A stretch of 47,838 nt of DNA from Deinococcota bacterium. Its GTDB lineage: Bacteria > Deinococcota > Deinococci > Deinococcales > Thermaceae. This document shows positions 28,257-38,895 of the stretch, piece after piece (within the stretch, counting starts at the first letter, position 1; every line of letters starts with the position of its first letter). The notes under the pieces were generated by a model. It was not told where the DNA came from. It ran no database searches and worked only from the letters and a program-made list of their open reading frames with translations. The stretch spans positions 1 through 47,838 of the forward strand of contig JBGFRI010000019.1 in NCBI GenBank assembly GCA_041695225.1, read 5' to 3'. Made by a program: the position numbers and the translations under genes.

Positions 28257-29008
28257 GTTTCGACCTCGCGGGACTTCTCTTCTGGGGTTTCCAGCAGCGC
28301 AGTTAGCAGCATGGGCAGCCCCACCACCGCAACCGCCAGCAACAAGAAGACATTGAGCGAGAGCAGGTTGCCAGCAGCTACCATCTCGTGGATTTGTTGC
28401 TGTTCCGTCGGGCTAAAGCGGACTGCCAGCATGGCCGTGTAATGCATGAACGGGATGGCCATGCCGGTGAGACTGGCAGCAATCAGGTGGCGGAAGGGGA
28501 GGTGCTGGAAGATGGGGCTGACCAGAGCCCAGATGCCAAACGTGCCGAGCACCACAGCCACCAGCACCGAGACCGCCACCATCAGCAGGTCGAAGTGCAT
28601 CTGGGCATCCAGCCGCATGGCAAACATACCCACGTAGTGCATCCCGCCGATGCCGGCCCCCAGAAAAAAGCCCGCGCCAAAGATGGTGGCGAAGCCCGGC
28701 CTGGGCTTTCTGATCAGCTGGAAAGCGGCAGCAGCACCCAGCATGGCAAACAGTACCGAGACCAGGGTAATCCAGGGGTTATAGGCTACCAGCATATCGA
28801 GCTGCAGCGCGGTCATGGCGGTGAAGTGCATGGCCCACACCCCCAGCCCAAAGGTGGCGGCGCCAAGCCAGAGCCAGCCCTGGCCGGTGACGCCCTGCCT
28901 CAGTCGGGCGATGATAGCCAGTGCGGCGTAAGCTGCAAAGATGGCTACCAGGAACGAAGCCCCTACCAGCAGGGGGTCGTGGCTCATGGGCAGATGTGTT
29001 TGTTCCAT
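28253..29008 (-). CDS. Stand-alone MHYT membrane sensor
   Basis: Three motifs MHFTAM, MHYVGM, MHYTAM; no output domain; 4-nt overlap with the MCP gene. Confidence 0.92.
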   Translation of the reverse strand: MEQTHLPMSHDPLLVGASFLVAIFAAYAALAIIARLRQGVTGQGWLWLGAATFGLGVWAMHFTAMTALQLDMLVAYNPWITLVSVLFAMLGAAAAFQLIRKPRPGFATIFGAGFFLGAGIGGMHYVGMFAMRLDAQMHFDLLMVAVSVLVAVVLGTFGIWALVSPIFQHLPFRHLIAASLTGMAIPFMHYTAMLAVRFSPTEQQQIHEMVAAGNLLSLNVFLLLAVAVVGLPMLLTALLETPEEKSREVET

Positions 29009-29018
29009 AGTTGACTCC

Positions 29019-29483
29019 TTAGGCTTGTGGCGCTAACCCGGTATGGGCGGCAGGTGCTGGTGAAGACATCTGTCTGCTGAGGTGCAGGAAGAGGCTGCCA
29101 GCCTCGAGGATTCGTACGCTGCGGCCTCCCTCCTCCAGAATGGCGCTATACAGCGGGTCTTGACTGGGAGTAATCCAGGCACCACTCAGGTTGGCGCTGA
29201 GCCCGATTACCTCATCAATCATGAAAGCCAGCAGCCGTCCTTCGCACTCGAGCAAAGCCGCGATACCCGACCCGGCCGGAGTAATCTGCAAGACCTGGCT
29301 CAGGTCGAATACCGGCACAATCTGGCCCTGGTTGTTCATGAGCCCCAGCAAGGGTGGTGGTGCCAGCGGGACAGGGGTGGGCTGGGTCACTTCCAGCACT
29401 TCTTTGAAAGCTTTAGGCTCCACTCCGATAAAGCTGCTGCCCAAGCGCAGCACCCAGATGTTACGGACAGACGTGTTGATCAT
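29019..29483 (-). CDS. cheW: CheW-like coupling protein
   Basis: EVL...TPVPLAP..LLGLMN.QGQIVPVFDL...IDEVIG. Confidence 0.88.
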   Translation of the reverse strand: MINTSVRNIWVLRLGSSFIGVEPKAFKEVLEVTQPTPVPLAPPPLLGLMNNQGQIVPVFDLSQVLQITPAGSGIAALLECEGRLLAFMIDEVIGLSANLSGAWITPSQDPLYSAILEEGGRSVRILEAGSLFLHLSRQMSSPAPAAHTGLAPQA

Positions 29484-29627
29484 GGATAAGCCCTTGTGTG
29501 GTCAGGTACTGGCCCGAGGGGCAGTGTGTGGTTCTGGCTTATAGATTGGGTGCTTGAAGCCTCGGCCCTCATATGGAGTAGGCCCCTTTCATCCTCGGCC
29601 ATACTATTCTCCAGTCTATTCTCCAGC

Positions 29628-29984
29628 CTATAGCAGCTCCTGTACGGCTTTGCGCAGGGACTCGGGGGTGTAGGGTTTGGTCAGGTAGCCGTTGGCGCCT
29701 TGGCGCCTGCCCCACTCGATATCGGTGGGCTGGCCTTTGGAGCTAATTACCAGCACCGGGATGTCTTTTGTGGCCTGATTCCGGCGCAGCGAACGCAGCA
29801 CTTCATAGCCGTTGCGGCCCGGCATTACCACATCTAGCAGAATTGCATCCGGCTTTTCTGCCTCAATGCGCTGTTCTACGTTCTCGCTGCCCTGATACAG
29901 CACTACCTGGTGATACTGCGAAAGCGAGTGTTCAATTAGCTTCAAGTCTGCCAGGGAGTCATCTACAGCGATCAGTTTTGCCAT
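29628..29984 (-). CDS. Single-domain response regulator (CheY/PilH-like)
   Basis: AVDDS, LDVVMPGRNGY, SSK..DIEWGRRQGA..YLTKPY; GGAGG RBS before ATG 29984. Confidence 0.92.
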   Translation of the reverse strand: MAKLIAVDDSLADLKLIEHSLSQYHQVVLYQGSENVEQRIEAEKPDAILLDVVMPGRNGYEVLRSLRRNQATKDIPVLVISSKGQPTDIEWGRRQGANGYLTKPYTPESLRKAVQELL

Positions 29985-30183
29985 GTTTCCTCCATATTTG
30001 CGGACAGGGTACGGATGGCTGTAAGGTGGCATTTCCGCCCGCAATGTAACCACAAGTTATGCCAAGCGTTACACAACCCCTGTGACGAATGCACGAACCC
30101 AGAGTATTAAGGCGTTACGGCTCGGTACCCCCAGATGGGGGTATGGAGTGGGCACTTGAAGCCTGGGCCACTCCGTATGAAAT

Positions 30184-30250
30184 GTCAAAGGTCGAAAGTC
30201 GAAGGCCACCAGCAATGGTCTAGACCTTTGACCTTCGGCTTTCGACAGCT
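30184..30250. repeat. Head-to-head heptamer array
   Basis: gtcaaag gtcgaaa gtcgaag ... gtcta gaccttt gaccttc ggctttc gacagct. Confidence 0.82.
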
Positions 30251-30319
30251 CGTAGCGCTACTCACCCTCATCCATGTCCACTCTGTCAGCCAGTCCATGG
30301 ATTAATCACCCCCATAAAA

Positions 30320-30370
30320 ATGTCTCAGGTCACAGGTCTTTATTGGCTTGCGACTTGCGACCTGAGACAT
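30320..30370. repeat. Heptamer-built hairpin with 19-bp terminal inverted repeats
   Basis: ATGTCTCAGGTCACAGGTC ... GACTTGCGACCTGAGACAT (17/19 complementary). Confidence 0.9.
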
Positions 30371-30426
30371 CTTTCGCCTGTATGCCGGACTAGCCGGTCC
30401 GAGCACCGGTGCAGCACCTTCCAGGC

Positions 30427-32073
30427 TTAACCCAGGCGCTGTTTTAGCTTCAGGGCCTCGCTCCTCAACTGCTCAACCTGGCGGAGGTGAGCCAGGATCT
30501 TATCGCGTTGGGCTTCTAAGCGCGAGCAGGGGGAGCGGTAGAGGTTGTTGAAGCGTTCACGGGTCCGGGTTAGCTCGAGCTCGAGGTTCTGCCACAAGGC
30601 CGCCTCGAGCTTCTCCTTGAGATCGCTCAGGCGTTCGCGCAGGCTTTTCTTGGCCTTCTCGCGGCGCCGGGGCAGAATGGTAAAACCGATCACCGCTACA
30701 ATCATGCCTGTGACCAGACCCAGCACATCTAACAGAATGCGATTGAAGACCAGCAGCAGCCCGGCCCCGATACCCACTGCACCGAATTCCACCAGGGCAG
30801 TCTGCTGGAGTCCTTCTTGAACATGGTTCTTGAGCAGGCGGGCTTCTTCGTCGGGTTTGAATTCTTTGAGAGCAGCCTCGAGGTTTCCCTCGATGGCCTG
30901 GGCCTCGCTGCCTGGACTCACGGATAGTTGCAGGCCGGGGGCTTCGCGCAGCAGGTGTATGGCATCCTCAAGCAGCTCGTGCTCGCGGCGGGCCAGCCAG
31001 TTCAGGGCCTGTAGCACCCCCTTCTCGATCTCGGCATTGGCGCCCTTGACCACCTCATCCATAAAGCTTTGTTTGAACTTAGATGAGTTGAGCAGCCCAA
31101 AGAAATTGGAAATGCGCACCTTTTCTTCTAGCCAGGCATGGCCCCTGGCCTGTACCGAGTCAAGCTGTTGGGAGATCAGGGCAATCTGCTGCTGAAAGTC
31201 CTGGCGGGTGCGCTGCTGATGGCGAAGGGCCAGAAGGTCGAGCTCGCGGCAGGTGCCGAGCTGTTGTTCGGTCTCGTTGAGCCTGGTTTCTAGCGCGGGC
31301 AGGGCCTGTTCGCTCAGGTGAGCCAGCACCCCCAGTGGAGAGCCCAGCTTGAGAGACGCCGCCTGGGTGGCCAGCACCTGCCTAATGTGGGCCTCTAGCT
31401 GGGGGACCCGGCTCGAGGCCAGATCGCCCTGGCGGGCCAGGCGGGCCGAGACCGCAAAAATTGGCGGAACCTGCCCCAGAGTCTGGTCGGCCCCTTTCTG
31501 GACAAACTCGAGTACCTGCTGTAACTCGGGCTCGGTCAACAGGTCGCTTTTATTGACGATCAGCACCACCTTCTTGCCCCAGGCCCTAATGACGTTAAGG
31601 AAGTCGGCCTCGGACTGCGTGAAAGGCCGGTCGGCGCTGGTGACAAACAGGATCAGGTCTGCTCGGGGAAGAAATTTCTGCGTCAAGACCTGATGGTGGC
31701 GCAGAATCGCGTTGGTGCCGGGCGTGTCTACCAGCTGCACATCCTTTAGCAGTGCGTGGGGCAGCTGCATAACCACCAGCTCGGGTGAGTGGGGCTTTAG
31801 TCTGGGTTCGGGGCCAAAGCCGATCAGGTTGATGCGGTCGGTGGTAGGAGTTACCCCCTCCTTCAAAAAATCACCGCCCAGCAAGGCATTGAGTAAGGTC
31901 GACTTGCCACTGTTAAACTCGCCCACTGCTACCAGCAAGAATGGGCTATCCAGATCCAACAAAGCCTGCCTGAGCGGTTCGGTCTCGGCCCCCACCCGGG
32001 CCAGCGCATCCAGACCTCGAGTCAGCAGTTCACGCACATCCTGGGCCAGGGCAGAGGTGTTGGAATCCAGCAT
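30427..32073 (-). CDS. Bacterial dynamin-like GTPase
   Basis: GEFNSGKS, GVTPTT, DTPG, NKSD, helical stalk and a hydrophobic paddle; TAGAAT 7 nt before ATG 32073. Confidence 0.88.
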   Translation of the reverse strand: MLDSNTSALAQDVRELLTRGLDALARVGAETEPLRQALLDLDSPFLLVAVGEFNSGKSTLLNALLGGDFLKEGVTPTTDRINLIGFGPEPRLKPHSPELVVMQLPHALLKDVQLVDTPGTNAILRHHQVLTQKFLPRADLILFVTSADRPFTQSEADFLNVIRAWGKKVVLIVNKSDLLTEPELQQVLEFVQKGADQTLGQVPPIFAVSARLARQGDLASSRVPQLEAHIRQVLATQAASLKLGSPLGVLAHLSEQALPALETRLNETEQQLGTCRELDLLALRHQQRTRQDFQQQIALISQQLDSVQARGHAWLEEKVRISNFFGLLNSSKFKQSFMDEVVKGANAEIEKGVLQALNWLARREHELLEDAIHLLREAPGLQLSVSPGSEAQAIEGNLEAALKEFKPDEEARLLKNHVQEGLQQTALVEFGAVGIGAGLLLVFNRILLDVLGLVTGMIVAVIGFTILPRRREKAKKSLRERLSDLKEKLEAALWQNLELELTRTRERFNNLYRSPCSRLEAQRDKILAHLRQVEQLRSEALKLKQRLG

Positions 32074-32172
32074 GCTGAGTATTCTATAGCAGGACAATTT
32101 TGCCCATGACAGTGGTCGCGCTACGGGGCACTCGCTCAAGTCAGCAACCGTTAGGAAGGCTCCCCTCTTATC

Positions 32173-32273
32173 GTCTAATGTCTAGCGTCCAGCGCCCAGT
32201 GCCAGAATTGAGTAATACTCAGCCCTCGACCCTCGACCTCTGACCCTCGACTCTTCTCTGACCCTCGACTATT
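32173..32273. repeat. Head-to-head heptamer array with central palindrome
   Basis: gtctaat gtctagc gtccagc gcccagt gccagaa - TGAGTA A TACTCA - gaccctc gacctct gaccctc gactctt .. gaccctc gactatt. Confidence 0.85.
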
Positions 32274-32736
32274 ATGTTAGTAGAGTCCAGGTGGGTGATG
32301 TCGCGCTAACCCGACCGATTGTAAACGCTTTTTTACTGCTTGCAGTGGGGTTTGTGCCAGGATTCAGTCAGGCCCTCGTCGTTTTCTCCGTGATCGCCTG
32401 ACCGCTAGTCAGCAGCCTGTGGCAATACTGCCGAGCAGCGGACCATCGCTATTTACCGGAGTCGGCAAATTATCAGATCGGCTTTAGCTCGATAAACACG
32501 AGACAGATATGCTGTCGCAGCCTGTCGGCTATTTGAAACCACCGAGGGCCAAGGATTAAATCGGGCTACGCCCATGCGGTTGATTAAGACGTGCTCTGCT
32601 GAATGCAAATGCCAAGAAAATGCGATAGGAAAGGGCACAAATCTCACTTCAGCCTCCGCACCATGCGAAGTGAAAATTCACCAAAAGGTTGTGCTTGACA
32701 TGTAAAAAATACACAAGATGTAGTATAGTTGACTTC

Positions 32737-32865
32737 AGTGGAGAGACAATCTAACAGCAACGCTCGTCCACAACTCGCACAATGCCAAAAACCGGTTGTG
32801 TGTAATGGGCGAATCATCCGCTGGATAGCGCATGATTCGAGAGTTTGTGCTGAGATGACTCCACT
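32737..32865 (+). promoter_or_regulatory. Candidate structured 5' leader RNA
   Basis: Nested complementary segments downstream of -10 TATAGT (32724-32729) and upstream of the AAGGAGG RBS. Confidence 0.45.
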
Positions 32866-32886
32866 CAGATTTAAGGAGGAAAATAC

Positions 32887-33180
32887 ATGACCAAGGAACC
32901 AAAAGCCGCACCCACCCAGAAGCCCGCTGCCAAGAAAGCTGCTGCCAAGCCAGCAGCCAAGAAGCCTGCCGCTAAGAAACCTGCCGTGGAAGCTGCCGCC
33001 AAGCCCGCCGCAAAGGCCGCCGCGAAGCCCGCTGCTAAGAAGCCCGCTGCGAAAGCTGCCGCCAAGCCCGCCGCAAAGGCCGCTGCCAAGCCTGCCGTGA
33101 AGAAGGCAGCTCCCAAAAAAGCTGCTGCTAAGCCCGCTGCCAAGAAGGCTGCTCCCAAAAAAGCTGCTGTCAAAAAGTAA
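32887..33180 (+). CDS. Histone H1-like Ala/Lys/Pro-rich protein
   Basis: Nearly all KPAAK(K) repeats; strong RBS AAGGAGG; downstream terminator. Confidence 0.85.
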   Translation: MTKEPKAAPTQKPAAKKAAAKPAAKKPAAKKPAVEAAAKPAAKAAAKPAAKKPAAKAAAKPAAKAAAKPAVKKAAPKKAAAKPAAKKAAPKKAAVKK

Positions 33181-33196
33181 GACCCTTAACTTTCAG

Positions 33197-33228
33197 TAAC
33201 CGACTCCAGTTCGGAGTCGGTTATTTCT
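33197..33228 (+). terminator. Rho-independent terminator
   Basis: TAACCGACTCC-AGTTC-GGAGTCGGTTA followed by TTTCT. Confidence 0.75.
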
Positions 33229-33343
33229 GGCCCTACCCAGCAACCTTGCCACCTGCAACCAGCCCGATCAGCCCCATCCAGGGCAAGATTCTCTGGCAGG
33301 CAGGCGCTGGGGTGTTCTCACGAAAGATGCGAATTGAAGCCCA

Positions 33344-35269
<1,926 letters not shown>

Positions 35270-35572
35270 GGCTTACCTCGCTGTACCTGCTCTCCAGTTT
35301 ATCGGGACTGGCCCGGCGATGACCATGTGGCTTTTTAGTTGATCTCCGCACCACGGGCCAGACTGGTATTCCACTTAGGTTATGGCTTCTGCGGGGCTCG
35401 CCATTTGGCAGCCCCCAGGCGACTCGCCGCCGCATTCACGGTGATCTGCGTGACGCGTTCCTCACACTAAGGACCAGTTCCGCGCCTTGCTCTATGGAGC
35501 GAAAATGAAGGTGTTATGCCGGCAGTTAGCTGTGCCGATCGTCTCTTGGCCATCGCTTGTCAGATATTTCCT

Positions 35573-36727
35573 TCAGTTCCAGTGCCCACCCTCCTGTAGC
35601 GCCCTGGTGAACCACTGCGGAACCTGAGGCCCGAAACGCCGCTGGGCATAGTCTCTGGCAAACTCGCCATAATCGCGTGCCTGGATGGCAGTTCTGGCCA
35701 TCTCCATCAGGCGGTGCAGGTAGCGCAGGTTGTGCAGCGAGATCATGCGGGGGGCCAGCAGCTCCTCGGCCCGCACCAGGTGGCTCAGGTAGGTCCGGCT
35801 ATAGTGGGTACAGGCATAGCAATTGCATTCGGAGTCAATTGGGCGAGGGTCGTCCAGGTAACGGGTGAGCTTAAGGTTCAGCCGGCCCTCGGGGGTCAGG
35901 GCATAGCCGAAGCGTCCGGTACGGGTTGGATATACGCAGTCAAACATATCTATCCCCAGGGCTACCGCGGCTACCAGGTCTTCGGGGTGGCCCACCCCCA
36001 TCAGGTAGCGTGGTTTGGCCTCAAGTAAAATTCGGGTAGAAAGCTCGATGGCGGGGTACATTTTCTCCTTGGGCTCGCCCACCGCCAGCCCACCAATGGC
36101 AAAGCCGGGGGTGTCGAACGCTACCGTGGCCTCGGCGCTGAAGCGGCGCAGCGCCAGGTCAACCCCGCCCTGAGCGATGGCGAACAGGGCCTGGTCGCGC
36201 CGGGTTTTGGCTTCCAGACAACGCTCCAGCCAGCGCAAGGTACGGTCTATTGACTCCCTCAGGTAGTCTGGTGTGGTTGGGTAGGGCGGGCACTCGTCGA
36301 AGGCCATGATAATATCGGCCCCCAGGGCTTCTTGAATCTGTACACTGCTCTCGGGGGTAAGCTCGATCAGATCGCCGTTGAGGTGGCTGCGGAAGGTTAC
36401 ACCCTGCTCGGAGATTTTGCGCAGATCGCCCAGGCTCATGACCTGAAAGCCGCCCGAGTCGGTGAGCCAGGGGCCGCCATAGGCAGCAAAAGTATGCAGC
36501 CCACCCTGTGATTGCACCCGCGCCGGGCCGGGGCGCAGCAGCAGGTGGTAGGTGTTGCCCAGGATAATCTGAGAGCCGATTTCCCCCAGTTCCAGCGGTG
36601 AAATTCCCTTGACGCTGCCCTGGGTTCCAACCGGCATAAACAGCGGGGTTTGCACCACGCCGTGGGGGGTAACAAAAAGCCCGGTGCGGGCTCTGCCAGA
36701 CTGGGCGGTGATGGCAAACTCGAACAC
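35573..36727 (-). CDS. tgt: Queuine tRNA-ribosyltransferase
   Basis: TPLFMPVGT, GNTYHL, TDSGGFQ, GGLAVGE, DMFDCV, CxCxxC/H Zn site; GTG 36727 preferred start. Confidence 0.96.
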   Translation of the reverse strand: MFEFAITAQSGRARTGLFVTPHGVVQTPLFMPVGTQGSVKGISPLELGEIGSQIILGNTYHLLLRPGPARVQSQGGLHTFAAYGGPWLTDSGGFQVMSLGDLRKISEQGVTFRSHLNGDLIELTPESSVQIQEALGADIIMAFDECPPYPTTPDYLRESIDRTLRWLERCLEAKTRRDQALFAIAQGGVDLALRRFSAEATVAFDTPGFAIGGLAVGEPKEKMYPAIELSTRILLEAKPRYLMGVGHPEDLVAAVALGIDMFDCVYPTRTGRFGYALTPEGRLNLKLTRYLDDPRPIDSECNCYACTHYSRTYLSHLVRAEELLAPRMISLHNLRYLHRLMEMARTAIQARDYGEFARDYAQRRFGPQVPQWFTRALQEGGHWN

Positions 36728-36795
36728 CTGGGTATTTTCGGGGTTCTGGTGATAAAGTGCAAGGATGTTCGCTAGAACTGGGTTGCCAGGCGTAA

Positions 36796-36861
36796 GTCTA
36801 AGGTCGCAGGTCGGTCTAAAGCTTATAGTCCAAGAATCATAAGGTGTGACCTTCGACAAGC
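36796..36861. repeat. Degenerate heptamer array
   Basis: gtctaag gtcgcag gtcg gtctaaa gcttata gtccaag ... gaccttc gacaagc. Confidence 0.7.
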
Positions 36862-36909
36862 CCAGGTCGGCGCCTTACCGGCATGGTCGGGCGGAATTTA
36901 CGCAGTCCG

Positions 36910-37013
36910 GAGATGTTTCGTAGTGCTGCGCACCCCTCAACATGACACCCCTGTTGTCATCCACGACACCTCAATTTGTCATTCTGAGCGGGCGGGTTTG
37001 CCCCCGAAGAATC
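36910..37013. repeat. Pair of GTCATTCTGAGCG...CGAAGAATC-type palindromic repeat units
   Basis: TGTCATTCTGAGCG-hairpin-CGAAGAATC (36977-37013) and an inverted degenerate copy GAGATGTTTCG-hairpin-CTCAACATGACA (36910-36947). Confidence 0.65.
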
Positions 37014-37274
37014 CCCTAACTGTACAAAGTTCGCCAAACGCTCGGGTAAACAGGCCGTCACCATTCGGCTTTCGTCCAGTCCACCGTTGCGAACATGGGT
37101 TGAGGCTAGGTCTGAGGGCTTGCTCGACAGCGGCGTTAAGTGTAGATGTTTGCGTTAGGTACACCTGGAATATCAAACCTGAGGTTTGGTCACAGCGACA
37201 CCTTTGCTAACGTTTTGCACAAAATGTACCGACGCTCACCTGTAGATTCGCCCAGGACCACTACACTCTGGGAA

Positions 37275-37868
37275 ATGTTTGGCAACCAGCCCAAGCGCAA
37301 GACCTACGACAACCGCCGGGTTCCACCGGGACAGACCCTCACCGAAAAATTCCCAGTCCTGACCTATGGCACCACCCCCGGCCTGCGTCCAGAGGATGTG
37401 AGGTTTGAAATCACCGGCCAGGTTCTGGAGGCCAGAACCTTTAGCTGGAAAGACCTGATGGCCCTGCCGCAGTCCGATCTGACCGCCGATTTCCACTGTG
37501 TGACCCGCTGGAGCAAGCTAGATGTGCAGTGGAGCGGTATCAGGGTGCTCGACATGATGCAGCGGGTCGAGCTCAAGCTCCAGGCTACGGCGGCGCTGAT
37601 TCGCTGCTACGGCGGCTACACCACCAACCTTACGCTGGACGATCTGCTGCTGGAGCAGAATATCCTAGCCCATAAGCTTTTTGGCCAGCCCATCCCTCGA
37701 GACCACGGCGGCCCCCTGCGCTTAATCGTGCCCCATCTGTATGCCTGGAAGAGCGCCAAGTGGATTCGGGGGTTTCATTTTCTGGACCAAGAGGAACTGG
37801 GTTTCTGGGAGGCAAATGGCTACCATCGCCGGGGCGACCCCTGGAAAGAGGAACGTTTTAGCGATTGA
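37275..37868 (+). CDS. Sulfite oxidase-like molybdopterin oxidoreductase (YuiH-like)
   Basis: RVPPGQ, DFHCVTRWS, HGGPLRL, YAWKSAKW, GFWE.NGYH..GDPW.EERF; TACACT 7 nt before ATG 37275. Confidence 0.92.
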   Translation: MFGNQPKRKTYDNRRVPPGQTLTEKFPVLTYGTTPGLRPEDVRFEITGQVLEARTFSWKDLMALPQSDLTADFHCVTRWSKLDVQWSGIRVLDMMQRVELKLQATAALIRCYGGYTTNLTLDDLLLEQNILAHKLFGQPIPRDHGGPLRLIVPHLYAWKSAKWIRGFHFLDQEELGFWEANGYHRRGDPWKEERFSD

Positions 37869-37929
37869 TGCGAACACCACTGCGAACACCACATCTGCCG
37901 TTGGCGACGGGTCAGGATAAAATACCATT

Positions 37930-38544
37930 GTGGACTGGACGGCCTGGCTCATTTTGTTGCTGGCCTACTTATTTGGCGCGATTCCTGCCGGGGCCTGGGT
38001 GGCCCGGCATTATGGTGTGGACATTCAGAAAGTAGGCTCCGGCAATACCGGCGCTACCAACGTCCTGCGTACACTGGGCAGTGTTCCGGCAGCACTGGTA
38101 GCGGGGTTTGACCTACTCAAGGGTGGTATTGCGGTGCTGCTGGCCCGCTTGATTGGCGTCGAAGGGCCACTACTGGGGGGCGTTGCACTAGCCGCTGTGC
38201 TGGGCCACAACTACTCAGTCTTTCTGCGCTTTACCGGCGGGAAAGGAGTGGCGACTAGCTTTGGTGCGCTGCTGTTCCTCAATCCACTGGTAGCCTTACT
38301 TACCCTTCCGGTGAGTCTCCTGACGATGTGGCTCACGCGGTTTGTATCTGCTGGGAGCATGGTTGGGGGGCTGACGGCGGTGGTAATTAGCGTCGCTTTG
38401 GGGCGGCCTTTCTGGGAAATCCTGACTGTGCTTGTCCTGGCAGGTCTTATTTTCTGGATGCACCGAACAAACATAAAGCGTTTGCACGCGGGCAACGAGC
38501 GGCGTTTTGGCGAAAAAAATAGCCAGAGCGGCCCCGATCTGTGA
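37930..38544 (+). CDS. plsY: Glycerol-3-phosphate acyltransferase
   Basis: [39 protein letters not shown]. Confidence 0.96.
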   Translation: MDWTAWLILLLAYLFGAIPAGAWVARHYGVDIQKVGSGNTGATNVLRTLGSVPAALVAGFDLLKGGIAVLLARLIGVEGPLLGGVALAAVLGHNYSVFLRFTGGKGVATSFGALLFLNPLVALLTLPVSLLTMWLTRFVSAGSMVGGLTAVVISVALGRPFWEILTVLVLAGLIFWMHRTNIKRLHAGNERRFGEKNSQSGPDL

Positions 38545-38553
38545 AGTTGGCGC

Positions 38554-38610
38554 AAGTAACGCTGCAAATGAGCGGCGGCGAAGGCCGTCCGCTCAATTTG
38601 CTTGTTAGGC
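38554..38610 (-). mobile_element. Integron attC recombination site (57 bp)
   Basis: Minus strand: R'' GCCTAAC, 5-nt spacer, L'' AATTGAGC, GGACGGC-CTTC-GCCGCC, L' GCTCATT, 6-nt spacer, R' GTTACTT; two extra bases on the left arm as in canonical attC. Confidence 0.85.
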
Positions 38611-38627
38611 GTGCCCAAGATTATCAT
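38598..38627 (+). promoter_or_regulatory. Putative promoter of the TA operon (-35 inside attC)
   Basis: TTGCTT-N18-TATCAT. Confidence 0.4.
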
Positions 38628-38655
38628 GGTTGTGAGTTGGTCTGCGGGAGAACTT

Positions 38656-38895
38656 ATGGGAACGGAAACTCTTCGTAAACTTCGCGCAGAGGTGCTGAGG
38701 CTTTCCGAAGCGGAGCGCGCTGAACTGGCACATGAACTGGTCAAGAGCCTGGATGCGCCGGCTGATGCCGATGTCGCTGATGCGTGGGACAAGGAACTTC
38801 TGCGTCGCCTTACTGAGATAGATTTAGGTACCGCAAAGCTGATTGACCGGGATGAATTCCGGCGACGGATGCAGGCACGGATCGGCAGCCGGTAG
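38656..38895 (+). CDS. Addiction-module antitoxin (TIGR02574-like)
   Basis: L.LS..ERAELA..L..SLD......DAW..EL.RRL..I..G; RBS GGGAG before ATG 38656. Confidence 0.88.
   Translation: MGTETLRKLRAEVLRLSEAERAELAHELVKSLDAPADADVADAWDKELLRRLTEIDLGTAKLIDRDEFRRRMQARIGSR

Noticed and set aside
32739..32870. Glycine or lysine riboswitch
   Set aside because: GGAGAGA is present but the CCGAAG / CTCTCAGG core and the lysine-aptamer motifs are absent; kept only as an unassigned structured leader
36728..36859. 44-aa N-terminal extension of Tgt
   Set aside because: It is translated heptamer repeat DNA; Tgt-like sequence begins at GTG 36727
37014..37106. Second attC-like site (CCCTAAC...GTTCGC...GCGAAC...GTTGAGG)
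   Set aside because: R-L spacings do not fit the attC layout in either orientation
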